DNA of 64,000 nucleotides from Gammaproteobacteria bacterium. Lineage in GTDB: Bacteria > Pseudomonadota > Gammaproteobacteria > Eutrophobiales > Eutrophobiaceae. Under the pieces are notes generated by a model. The model was not told where the DNA came from. It saw only the letters and a program-made list of their open reading frames with translations, and made no database searches. Below, in pieces: positions 50,635 through 61,700 of this stretch; within the stretch, counting starts at the first letter, position 1, and every line of letters starts with the position of its first letter. The translations under genes were made by a program, and so were the position numbers. The stretch covers positions 13,431 through 77,430 of the forward strand of contig JAJDUB010000076.1 of the NCBI GenBank assembly GCA_022826885.1, given 5' to 3'.

Positions 50635-51262
50635 GCATTTATAGCAGAACTTTCCTATATAGGGATTTTGTGCTATGAACGCCTATATGAAAGAAGATAC
50701 ATAGCATTATCCCCGTGAGGACCTTGCTGCCCGGACACTTAACGTACTTGTTGAAGGGGGGCGCAAATTTCACGAAACCGGGTTCACCCCTGCCGATCTC
50801 AATTCCATGCTAGCCAGGTCGCTGTAGCGACATGGCCAGATCCTGGATTCGGCCCTGTTTATGATAACCTGTTGAATGCCCTGTGCTATACTTCGGCAAA
50901 GATGAAACCAAATTTTGACCACCTCAGTGCGGCATTACGACAAGTCGGTGTTGTCGTGACGGCCACGGGCCTTGTCACTGGCGTATTTAACGCCGATCAG
51001 GGCCCACTCAGCCTGGGAATTACGTTGGGCGGTTTGGCCTTGATCTGGGCCGCCAGCCTGGAGAATTGACATGAATACAGCCCTTGCTGTTGCCGCGCTC
51101 GCGGCGGTACTGGGTGGCCTGGCCATGCTCTGGTTGGCCCGGTTCCTCGCCCGGCGCGACCGCACCGATTAGACCCTGTCGCTCTCGTGTATGAAACAGG
51201 GCTTGGCCTGGCTAAGTCCAATTCCCACTTGGCCGGTAGCCTGGAGAACTGCCCCCAGCCAG

Positions 51263-51745
51263 TTACAGTTTCTCCAGTATGCTCTCTGCGGAACTGACCT
51301 TGAACTCCATGGGTGCTTCCACGTGGAGCTGGGTGATTACACCGTCGTCCACCACCATGGCGAAGCGCTGGCCACGGGTACCCAGGCCGAAACCGGAACC
51401 GTCCAGTTCCAGCCCCAGGGCCGCAGTATACGTGCCGTTGCCGTCGGCCAGCATCAACACCTTGTCGCCGGCGCCGGCGCTCGCACCCCAGGCGTCCATA
51501 ACGAACATGTCGTTAACCGCCATGCAGGCGATGGTGTCCACGCCCTTCGCCCTGATGGCGTCGGCATTGTCGATGAATCCCGGCAGATGTTCTTTCGAAC
51601 AGGTCGGGGTGAACGCGCCCGGCACCGAAAAAACCACGACTTTTTTGCCACCGAACAATTCATCGGTGCTCACCGAACCCGGCCCGTCTGCATTGATTAC
51701 GTGAAACCGCCCCGCGGGGGCTTTATCTCCGACTTGTACTGTCAC
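51263..51745 (-). CDS. peroxiredoxin (Prx5/AhpC-TSA family)
   Basis: 160 aa. FSVPGAFTPTCS contains the peroxidatic Cys motif PGAFTPxC. Confidence 0.85.
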   Translation of the reverse strand: MTVQVGDKAPAGRFHVINADGPGSVSTDELFGGKKVVVFSVPGAFTPTCSKEHLPGFIDNADAIRAKGVDTIACMAVNDMFVMDAWGASAGAGDKVLMLADGNGTYTAALGLELDGSGFGLGTRGQRFAMVVDDGVITQLHVEAPMEFKVSSAESILEKL

Positions 51746-51879
51746 TTTAGTCTCCTGTGAAGGTTGCTGGAAGTCTCGGGAGAAATTATATCAGGGAATA
51801 AACTTCATGCCTGATTTTGTTGCCTGACTGACTTCCGTATGTATTGGACCAGGCAGGAGACTAACGATGGGCTTAAGCT

Positions 51880-52470
51880 TCAAGCAAAGGGATTCGGCTT
51901 GCGCGCAAACAACTGTTTGATCATCGGGATAAAATATTCAAGCGGTTTCCACTGGTATGCGGGGTCAAACGAGCATTGATCCCAGTTGGCGCAAAAATCG
52001 ACACAGTCCTGGTAGTAAGGATGGTCTTTATAGCGATCCCGGGCATTTTTATCCTTGCCGAAGTGCTCCAGATAATAATAGCTCTGGAACAACCCGTGGT
52101 GTTTGACGATCCAGTAATTCTTTTCACTGACATATGGCCGCAGCAGGGCCGCGGCGAATTGCGAGTGATTATAGGGCCCAAGCACCTCGCCAAGGTCGTG
52201 TAACAGGGCGCATACCACGGTTTCCTCATCGGCGCCATCCTGTTCCGCACGCGTAGCAGTCTGCAGGCAATGTTCAAGGCGAGTGATTTGGAAAGGAGAA
52301 TCCCCATCCATGGCTTGCAACCAGCCAATCACCCGATCTGCCTGGCCTGCTCCGCACTTGGCGCCGTAGGCAAACATCAGAATGTAGTCCATAAAGGTGC
52401 CATGGTCCATTGCAGTAAAACTCACTTTATTCTTAGCTGCTTTCTCTTTCAGTTTTCCACTCCCCCACAA
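51880..52470 (-). CDS. HD-domain metal-dependent phosphohydrolase/oxygenase-like protein
   Basis: 196 aa. The H...HD motif is VCALLHDLGE, with additional His/Asp ligands. The substrate is unknown. Confidence 0.5.
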   Translation of the reverse strand: MWGSGKLKEKAAKNKVSFTAMDHGTFMDYILMFAYGAKCGAGQADRVIGWLQAMDGDSPFQITRLEHCLQTATRAEQDGADEETVVCALLHDLGEVLGPYNHSQFAAALLRPYVSEKNYWIVKHHGLFQSYYYLEHFGKDKNARDRYKDHPYYQDCVDFCANWDQCSFDPAYQWKPLEYFIPMIKQLFARKPNPFA

Positions 52471-52743
52471 TATTGATCACAGACATCAGGCGCCGAAACC
52501 ACCCGCACTATATGCTGTATGATAACAGGAATTTACACCGATAGCGTTACCGGAGACGAACTTACGAGGCCCGCAGACCCGGATATAAGTCGCTTTTACC
52601 CGGTTAGCCAAACGCTGGTATCAGGGTAAGCTCTGTCGGACCAGGATACGGATATAGCTCAACGAAAATAGTGTGTTATACTCGAATTTTGCGAGATTGA
52701 GAACGGACCAGGCAATACGCCAAGGCTTACAGTATATCTGCGA

Positions 52744-53934
52744 ATGAAGACATCCATGCGAGAAAAGCAGTGGGCTGAGAAATATCCTGATCTTGGAACA
52801 GCCCCCCTACCTGCCGAACCCTACATCTCAGACGAATTTTTCGCCCTCGAACGCGATCTGGTTTTCTACCGGAACTGGATCATTGTAGGCCGTGTAGATG
52901 AAATCCCTGAAGCAGGCGATTATTTTGTGCGTGATGTCGCAATTTGCAAGGCCTCCATTTTGGTCATTCGCGGCTCGGACGGTGTCGTGCGCAGTTTCCA
53001 TAATGTCTGCTCGCATCGCAGCAACAAGCTGGTGCTTGATAAGCGGGGCTCGTGCGCGGGGGGCATGTACTGCCATTTCCATAATTGGCTGTATAGCGAC
53101 AAAGGTGCGCTGGTCCGCGTTCCGGACGAAGAGAATTTCTTCGACTTTGATAAACGGGACCACGGATTGAAGCCAGTGATCACAGATACCTGCGGAGGCT
53201 TTGTCTTCATCCATCTGCACCCGGAGCCGGTAGAGACGCTTCACGATTACCTGGACGGTATCAGCGACAGACTTAACGACCAACATTTCCATGAGATGAC
53301 GCTGATGCAGACTTATGGCGTGACTGAAAGCGCCAACTGGAAGGTCGGGCTCGACGCGCAGAACGAGCTCTACCATTTTCCGTTTCAGCATCGCTGGATC
53401 TCGGGTGATTCACTCTTGATGAACGACAAAAAACAATGCCGTTACCGGGACGTCACGCTCTATAATTATCACAGCGCATGGTCGTGTGAATACGATCCTG
53501 TCAGCAAACCGACCCCGCTCAAGGCTGCTCTTTTTAAAATAAATAAGAAAACGCGGACATCCCGGCTGCCGCGGATGATCGGCGATACGGAACTTTTCAC
53601 GTTGTTTCCCAATTTCGCGATCGTAGTAATGCGAGTCGGTGGTGTCATGACCAGCTATCTGACCTATCAATTCTGGCCGTCGACTGTTGATAGCACACTC
53701 TGGGAAATACGGATCCATTTCAGGAAGCCCCAAACCGCACGCGAACTGCTGCAGCAGGAATATTACAAGTGTATCACCAGGGATACATTGCAAGAGGATA
53801 CAGCCTCGCACGAGACCGTGCATAAGGGCCTTGTTTCACGCGCGAATTCTCATATGATACTCCAGGATAACGAGATAGCGATCCGCCATTTCCACAAAGT
53901 CCTGCAAGACCGTGTCGGACTCCACCTGAATTGA
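52744..53934 (+). CDS. Rieske (2Fe-2S) non-heme iron oxygenase alpha subunit
   Basis: 396 aa. CSHRSNKL...CHFHNWLY is the CXH-X17-CXXH Rieske motif. A C-terminal catalytic domain follows. Confidence 0.8.
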   Translation: MKTSMREKQWAEKYPDLGTAPLPAEPYISDEFFALERDLVFYRNWIIVGRVDEIPEAGDYFVRDVAICKASILVIRGSDGVVRSFHNVCSHRSNKLVLDKRGSCAGGMYCHFHNWLYSDKGALVRVPDEENFFDFDKRDHGLKPVITDTCGGFVFIHLHPEPVETLHDYLDGISDRLNDQHFHEMTLMQTYGVTESANWKVGLDAQNELYHFPFQHRWISGDSLLMNDKKQCRYRDVTLYNYHSAWSCEYDPVSKPTPLKAALFKINKKTRTSRLPRMIGDTELFTLFPNFAIVVMRVGGVMTSYLTYQFWPSTVDSTLWEIRIHFRKPQTARELLQQEYYKCITRDTLQEDTASHETVHKGLVSRANSHMILQDNEIAIRHFHKVLQDRVGLHLN

Positions 53935-53940
53935 AGAGTA

Positions 53941-54291
53941 GTGCTGATAGAGAAGAAAATGGAAAGCGCGTCGGCCGAACCTGCGCTGCCACTGCCGTTT
54001 GAAGACCTTGCGCCCTTTCTTGACTGGGCGCTGGAAACAGAGCGCGCCAGAATTGAGAAAAAGGTTACGGCTTCAATGGGCGAAGTCCGCTCATTTTATG
54101 ATGCGATGATGCCTCGGCTCAAAGAGATACTTGACTACCTGGAGAGTTGCTTCGACCAGGAAATGCCGCCTCCGGATCGCCGCCTCTTTCTTCTGTCACT
54201 CTCATTGGTGGAGGTCTCCTCCCTCGTAGAACTGTACCGGCAACGTGAGTCCATCGAGGCCTGCGACCCGTTGCGCTTCCTGCAATTCTAA
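53941..54291 (+). CDS. hypothetical protein
   Basis: 116 aa, 6 nt after the Rieske gene stop. The start may be M7 (MESASAEP...). No motif was recognised. Confidence 0.4.
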   Translation: MLIEKKMESASAEPALPLPFEDLAPFLDWALETERARIEKKVTASMGEVRSFYDAMMPRLKEILDYLESCFDQEMPPPDRRLFLLSLSLVEVSSLVELYRQRESIEACDPLRFLQF

Positions 54292-54425
54292 TGTAACACG
54301 CATTTCAATTGCTGAAATTGTATATATAGCACTTGTTTCGTGTGGATTAACTGGTTACTATTTGCATTTCTTAGTTACGACAGTAGCAGAATTACATTTC
54401 GACCATTATCAGGAGAATTACAACC

Positions 54426-54662
54426 ATGGCTACAACCGAACAACGTATAAGACAACTCGTCAGCGAAAACCTGGAAGTGGATGGACAGCCTGTGGACCTG
54501 TCCGGGGACCTGAATACCGGACTCGGGGCGTTGGGCGTATCCTCGCTGGACGTCGTTGCATTCGCGAAACTGGTTTCAGAGGAATTCAATATTACATTCA
54601 CAATCGAAGATTGTGAGACTGTCGACACCATACAGAAACTGATCGATCACATCGACGGCTAG
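54426..54662 (+). CDS. stand-alone acyl carrier protein
   Basis: 78 aa. LGALGVSSLDVVAF carries the phosphopantetheine-attachment Ser. The size and acidic character are typical of an ACP. Confidence 0.8.
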   Translation: MATTEQRIRQLVSENLEVDGQPVDLSGDLNTGLGALGVSSLDVVAFAKLVSEEFNITFTIEDCETVDTIQKLIDHIDG

Positions 54663-54792
54663 GCCTGCTGAGCGCCTTCGGGCGCTACGCCGCTGTTGCC
54701 GGACAGGTAGAGGGCGCCATTCAGTCCGGTGCCATATACTTCACCGGTTTTCAGCCATATAATGCGGCATTATTGCCGCTCTCGTTTATTGA

Positions 54793-55740
54793 ATGACTAT
54801 GGCTTCGGAAATCCCGTGGGAGATACCTGAACCCGTTTCAGTTTGTGAAGTCCGTCCGGATGCCGACACTGTTATTGCCCTGCGGCGGCACGGTAATCCC
54901 GCGGGCCCGCGACTGGTTCTTAGTCACGGCAGCGGTCTCGCAATCGACCTGTATTTTCCCTTCTGGTCGTTGCTCATGGACGATTTCGACCTGATTATCT
55001 ACGATCTCAGGAACCACGGCTGGAACAAGGTCGGGGACATCAAAAACCATAACATACCGTCACTCGTACGCGACCATAACTGTATCCTCGCGGAAATCGA
55101 CCGGCATTACGGGAAGAAACCGAAAATCGGTGTATTTCATTCCGTTTCGGCCCTGGTAACGCTGGTGTCGACTTCATTACTGGCAGAACCCGGCACATTG
55201 ACCGGGGACAGCGCGTTCTCGGCGCTGGTCCTGTTCGATCCCCCCCTGTGCATGCCCGGCATCAGCCAGGCGAAATTTGACGAGGTCACCATAAAGACCG
55301 CGGCGATGACCCGTCGACGTTCCAGGCGGTTCGAGTCAAGAGAACAGTTTATTCAACTCCTCGAATTTCTGCCGGTATTCAGAAACTTCGTGCCCGGCGC
55401 CCGCGAATTGATGGCGCTCACAACATTGCGGGACGTCGCCGGCGGGGAGGGTTACGAACTTTGCTGCCCGCCCGAGTACGAGGCACGGATTGTTGATTAC
55501 ACCAGGGTTTTCTCTCCACTGATCGACTTTGAAGATCTCCACTGCCCGACAAAAGCCATCTGCGCGGACCCCACCCTGCCGTTCTCCTACTTGCCGACCA
55601 TTGATTTGAGTGATATTCTGAATGTGGACTACGATTTTCTGCCCGACACGACCCACTTTCTGCAACTGGAACAGCCGGAGGAATGCGTTGCAACAATGCG
55701 TGAATTCCTTGAGCAGGATGCGCTGATCAAGTCTTTATGA
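54793..55740 (+). CDS. alpha/beta-hydrolase fold protein (thioesterase/acyltransferase-like)
   Basis: 315 aa. The nucleophile elbow is VFHSVSAL (GxSxG-like with Ser). It lies between the ACP and the PKS. Confidence 0.6.
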   Translation: MTMASEIPWEIPEPVSVCEVRPDADTVIALRRHGNPAGPRLVLSHGSGLAIDLYFPFWSLLMDDFDLIIYDLRNHGWNKVGDIKNHNIPSLVRDHNCILAEIDRHYGKKPKIGVFHSVSALVTLVSTSLLAEPGTLTGDSAFSALVLFDPPLCMPGISQAKFDEVTIKTAAMTRRRSRRFESREQFIQLLEFLPVFRNFVPGARELMALTTLRDVAGGEGYELCCPPEYEARIVDYTRVFSPLIDFEDLHCPTKAICADPTLPFSYLPTIDLSDILNVDYDFLPDTTHFLQLEQPEECVATMREFLEQDALIKSL

Positions 55741-55751
55741 GAATGTAAGTC

Positions 55752-58700
55752 ATGGCCGGGACCGGGCAACCTATAGCAATAGTCGGCATGGCGTGCCGAT
55801 TCCCCGGCGCACCGGATATCTCCTCCTTCTGGCGCCTGTTGGAAGCGGGCGAGGACGCCGTGATTGAGTTCGTCCCGGGTTCGGGGGCCGGCCGCTTCGA
55901 AGAACTCTTCCCGGACGGCGCGGTTTCGAGCGAGGCCTGCCGTTACGGCGCCTTCGTCAGCGACATAGACCGGTTCGATGAGGCATTCTTCCGGATTTCA
56001 CCGGTCGAGTCGGAGTTGCTTGATCCGCAACAGCGGATGATGCTGGAAACGAGCTGGCTGGCGCTTGAAGATGCAGGGATTGATCCTGACCGGTTAAAGG
56101 GCAGCCGTACCGGCGTCTATGTCGGGATCTGTAACGACGAGTACCGGATGCTGGTACTGGAGTCGGACAGGCCTGCCGATGCGGCCTCCTGCCTCTATGC
56201 GTTGAGCGGCACCAACCTGAACGGCGCTGCAGGAAGGGTTGCTTTCGTGATGGGCCTGATGGGCCCGGTGAAGGCGGTTGATGCCGCCTGCGCATCGTCC
56301 CTGGTCTCCATCCATGATGCGGTGGCGGACCTGCAGCATGGCAAGGCGGACCTGGCCCTTGCGGGCGGCGTGCAGGCCATGCTGAATAGTGGTATCTACG
56401 AACTGCGCGCGGGCGCGATGATGTTGTCCCCTGAAGGTCAATGCAAGACGTTCGATGCTTCCGCGAACGGTTACGTACGGGGTGAAGGTTGCGGAATCGT
56501 GGTCCTGAAGCGGCTGAGTGAGGCCGAGGCGGACGGCGACCGGATCTGGGGGGTAATCCGGGGCTCTGCGGTGAACCACGGCGGGGCCAGCGTAGGCCTC
56601 ACGGTTCCCAACACACCCGCGCTGGTTCAGGTCATGGGAGAGGCACTGTCGCAGGCAGGAGTCCCGGCAACGGACGTGGATTACGTGGAGGCACACGGAA
56701 CCGGAACGACCGTGGGCGATCCGATTGAGATCAATGCTGTTGCTGAAGTCTATTGCAAGGGACGCGAACCCGGCCATCCGCTCCTGACCGGTTCCGTGAA
56801 AACCAACGTCGGCCACCTGGAATCGGCTGCAGGGGTTGCCGGTGTGATCAAGGCCGTGCTGGCAATAAAGCAGGGCGTAATTCCAAAACACCTTAATTTC
56901 CATGATCCCAACCCCGCTATCGACTGGGACCACCTGCCGTTGCAGGTGACGACGGATTCAACGGAATGGCCGCGCCGGAACGGGAGAACGCGCCTGGCGG
57001 GAGTGAATTCCTTCGGAATATCCGGGACAAACGCCCATATCGTGCTGGGGGAATACATCTCTCCGGATACGGCGCCCGGCAAAGAAAACCGGACAGGAGG
57101 CTCCGCGCAGATGCCGGCGGTTTCCCTGCCGGCGAACATGGCTCACCTGCCGTTACCGGAGCAGGAGTTGAGGCCGCGTGAGACCCGTTTTCTGCCGCTG
57201 TCCGGCAAATCGGAGAACGCGTTGCGGGAACTCGCGCAAAAATACCTGTCATGGCTTGATGAGAAGGCCTCGGAGCCGATGTTGTCCGACATGGCATGGA
57301 CGGCCGGCGTGGGACGCAGTCATTTCGAATACCGCGCTGGCATCGTTTTTGACGGCGCAGGTTCGTTACGGGAACAACTCGGCGCACTGGCTGAAGGGGG
57401 TGAGATAGCGAGGCCACAGACCGCGACCAGGGTGGCATTCGTGTACACCGGGCAGGGAAGCCAGTGGACGGGCATGGGACAGGCGCTCTACGAGAGTGAA
57501 CCGGTTGCGCGGGCGGTCCTGGACCGCTGTGAGGCGGTATTCGAGGAAGAAAGAGGAACTTCCCTTCTGGGCGTCATGTTCGGCCGCACGGGAGCAACTG
57601 GAAAACTTGACGATACCGCGTGGGAGCAGCCCGCCCTGTTCGCTCTGGAATGCGCCCTGACGGCGCTCTGGTCGAGCGTGGGCGTGCGTCCCAACGTGGT
57701 AATGGGGCACAGCGTCGGTGAACTGGCAGCAGCGCAGGCGGCAGGGGTATTCGGCCTTGAGGACGGGATGCGGTTTGCCTGTACGCGGGGCACCCTGCTG
57801 TCGCAAACCGAACCGGGCGCCATGGCCGCGGTCTTTGCGTCGCCGGACAAGGTGGCATCCGGAGTAGAAGCAGCAAACAAAACAGCCGGCGGGGTCGGGG
57901 TGAATATCTCCGCGGACAACGGAACACACCAGGTAATCAGCGGTCCGGTTGCGGAAATTGAAACGATTGTAAAGCATTTCGAAGCGGAGGGAGTCCGGGT
58001 AAGACAATTGAATACGGCCAGGGCATTCCATAGCGCCCTGGTCGAACCGGCCCTGGACCCGCTGGAAGCATCCCTCGGCAGCGTTGACATCAGTCCTCCC
58101 TCGCTGGAACTGGTGAGTAACCTGACGGGCCAAATTGTAGCGCCGGACCAGGCGCTGGACGGTTCCTACTGGAGACGGCATGCCCGGGAACCGGTGGCAT
58201 TCGCCTCCGGCGTCAACACGCTGGCGGGTCTCGGCGTGGACCTTGTGGTGGAGATAGGCCCGCATTCGATACTGGCGCCAATGGCGGTTTCAGCCTGGCC
58301 GGAAGCGCCGCAGACACGCACACCGGCGATACTGTCGAGCCTGCGCAAGCCGTCCGGCGACTCCACGGCGCCCGGGAGCGGCAGTTTCCCGGAGGCAGTC
58401 GCCGCGGCGTACCAGGCAGGACTGCCGCTTCGTTTCGAAGGGCTGTTCGCCGGAGAAGCCCGGCGCCGGATATCATTGCCGGGCTATCCTTTCCAACGCC
58501 AACGCCACTGGTTGGATACGCCTAAACAACGGCGCAGAGGTGCCGGTCACCCTTTGCTGGGCAGCCGGCATGAAACGGCCCATGGAGAGATAACGTTCGA
58601 GACGGAGGTATTCCCCTCCGACCCGGCCTGGTTGAGCGACCACAAGGTGTTCAACCGGGTTGTGGCGCCGGGAGCGCTGTATGGCGCAATGGCGGCTACG

Positions 58701-61700
58701 GCAGCCCGGCTGGAAGGGAAAGGGCCGCTCATCCTGGAAGATATGCAGTTGCACAACCCGCTGGTCTTCGAGGAAACCGGCGCAGACGGCGCAGATGAAG
58801 AAAGTCGCAGGATACAGGTGATTCTTGAGGCTTCCGAACCGGGAACCCAGCGCGCTGTGCGGATTTTCAGCAGGGGAAGCGAAGGGGAATGGACGCTGCA
58901 CGTGGAAGGCCGGCTGTTGCCGGACTCCGCGAACCGGGAAACCGGAGCGCGGCTCGATACGGAGAGTCTGAAGGCTGAACTGTCACCGGTAGATACGGCG
59001 GCCTATTACCGGCACAGGGCCAGTACCGGGGTCGACCTGGGTCCGTCCTTCCGCACACTGGGAAGGGTCTGGTCGCGCCCGGGTGAAGCCCTGGGCGAGG
59101 TGTCTTTGCCGGAATCCCCCGGCAAGCCCGGGCCGGATATCCACCCGCTTGTGCTTGATGGATGTTTCCAGGTCATGGGCGCGGCGCGCAACCTGGCTGG
59201 AACCGAAGGCGGGGCCACATACCTGCCGTTCGGTTGGGAACGCATGTGGTTGGCAGACAGGCTGCCGGAGCGTGTGGTCTGCCACGTGCGCCTGAATGAT
59301 GCTTCACGAAGTGCAGAAACAGATGCGGAGGAACCCCCGGAGACGCTGAGCGGAGAGTTGAACATCTATGATATGAACGGGATGCCGCTCGGTTGCCTGA
59401 GCGGATATACCGTAAAGCGGGCGACCCGGGCCGCCCTGCTCTCGGCCATCGAAGGGGTGAAAGACCTGCTTTACGAGGTGGTATGGCGCGAGCGAGCGCT
59501 TCCACCCGGGATGACGTCCGCGGACTTCTTCCCGGGCCCGGCAACTATCGCAGCCGGCACACAGTTATTCGCCGGTTACCTCAACGACGCCGGAGTCGAC
59601 CCGGAAAACAGGAACGAGCTGCTGGCGGACCTGGAGCGCTGGTCGCGATCCCGCGCGCTCGCGACCCTGGAAGAACTGGGCTGGCAACGTAATTTGGGCG
59701 AGACCGTGGACCCTGAGAGCCTGCGGCAACGCCTTGATGTGATACCTGAACACACCCGCCTGTTCCGCCGATTGTTCGAAATGCTTGCCAGGTCGGGTGT
59801 GCTGGAGGAGAGCGATGACGGGTTTACCGTAATCGTGGGACCCGAAGACCCGTTGCCGGAACACATGCCGGGGGATCTTGATGAGTTCGCCAAGAGGATG
59901 ACGGAACTCTATTCCCACGGCCTGACTGAGATCGGACTGTTCCGGCGCTCAGGTTGCGCCCTGGCCGAGGTGCTGCGCGGCCGGGCGGACCCTCTGACGC
60001 TCCTGTTCAGCAGTGGAGAACCGACCGCCGCCGACCTGTACCTGAAGGCGCCGGTTGCGCGCGCCGCCAACCGGTTGCTGGGAGACGCGGTCCAGACGCT
60101 GGTGGCCGCATTGCCCCAGGGCCGGCGCCTCAGGGTGCTTGAAGTCGGTGCGGGCACCGGGTCGGCGACAGCATCGGTTCTGCCGGAATTGCCGGACGGG
60201 CGGTTTGACTATACCTACACGGATATTTCCGCCGGTTTCTTCGCGGAAGCGGAAGCCCGCTTCGGTGACGGCGGTGGATGCATCGATTACCGTCCTCTGG
60301 ATATAGAGAAAGATCCCGTCGCCCAAGGCTTCGACTCCCACGGCTATGACCTGCTGATCGCGTCCAACGTCCTGCACGCCACGCGTTACCTGGGAGAAAC
60401 GCTGGGGCACTGCCTGGACCTCCTGGCGCCGGCGGGGCAACTGGTGGCTCTGGAGAACCTCGGCGGCATGGGCTGGCTGGACCTGACCTTCGGGCCACTG
60501 GACGGCTGGTGGCGCTTTGCGGACGACTACCGCCCGCATCATGCCCTCACTGGCCCGGCAGTGTGGCGCCGGGCGCTCGGTGACGCCGGTTTTGCGGAAG
60601 GGGTGGTGCTGGGCGTGGACGAGTCCGATACGGACAGGGTGCTGGACAAGGGTGTGATCGTTGCCCAGGGCCCGGCACAGGTAAAAGAGGCTCCCGGCGC
60701 GTGGGTCCTGGCTGCGGACCAGGGTGGATTGGCACAGCAACTCGCAGCCGACCTGGCGGCACGCAACCAGACGGTGGTACTGGTGGACGGTATCGGGCCG
60801 GAACCCGGGAAGCCGTCAACGGCCGGTCCCGGTATTTTCCCGGCCACCGTGGAACCGGAACAGCGCGCATCATGGCAGGCGCTGGTGGAAAGTCTGCCTG
60901 CGGATGTGCCGTTCAATGGTGTAGTACATCTCATGGGACTTGACGGCCACGGCCCACAGGCAACGACCGGGGAAATGGCGGCAGATGTGCAACTCGCAGT
61001 GGCAAGCGCGCTCGCACTGGTACAGGGAGTGGCCGACTCCGATAAAATACCCGCGCAGGGCGTGTGGTTCATCACACGCGGGGCGCAGGTACTGGAGCGG
61101 GAGATCGGCGGGGAACCGGCCGGCGCGGCCCTGTGGGGCCTTGGCAAGGGGGTGGCGCGGGAAGCGGCCCACCTGCAACCGAGGATGATTGACCTGGACC
61201 CCGACATGACGGCGCCCGCGCCCGACCTGATTAATGAATTCCTGTATACCGACACTGAGAATCATATCGCCTACCGCGAGAGTCAGCGCCGGACAGCGCG
61301 CCTGGCCAGGGCCGAAGACGCAGGGGAACGGCTGGTCTTTCCGGAAGGTATTGAATGGGCGCTGGCACCGGACCCGGCCGGCGTGTTCGACAGGCCCTGC
61401 GTACAGCCGTTGCCGGCGCGCGCCCTGGAACCCAGGGAAGTTCGCGTCGCGGTGGACACTGCAGCGCTCAACTTCTGGGACGTGTTTCGTTCTCTCGGCT
61501 TCATCGAAGAAGGGTTCCTGGGCAAGGAGATGTGCGGCCACATCCTTGAGACCGGCGCCGAGGTATCGACCGTTTCCCCCGGCGACTACATTGTGGGAAT
61601 GGGATTCGGCGCGTTCGCGTCACAAATTGTTACGCATGAAGAGTTGGTAACACGGGCGCCCACGGGATTCTCCGCCTCCGAACTGGTAACGGTACCGAGC

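Noticed and set aside
51191-51760. 189-aa plus-strand ORF antisense to the peroxiredoxin gene
   Set aside because: The peroxiredoxin frame on the minus strand has the PGAFTPTC active-site motif. The plus-strand ORF is an antisense artefact.
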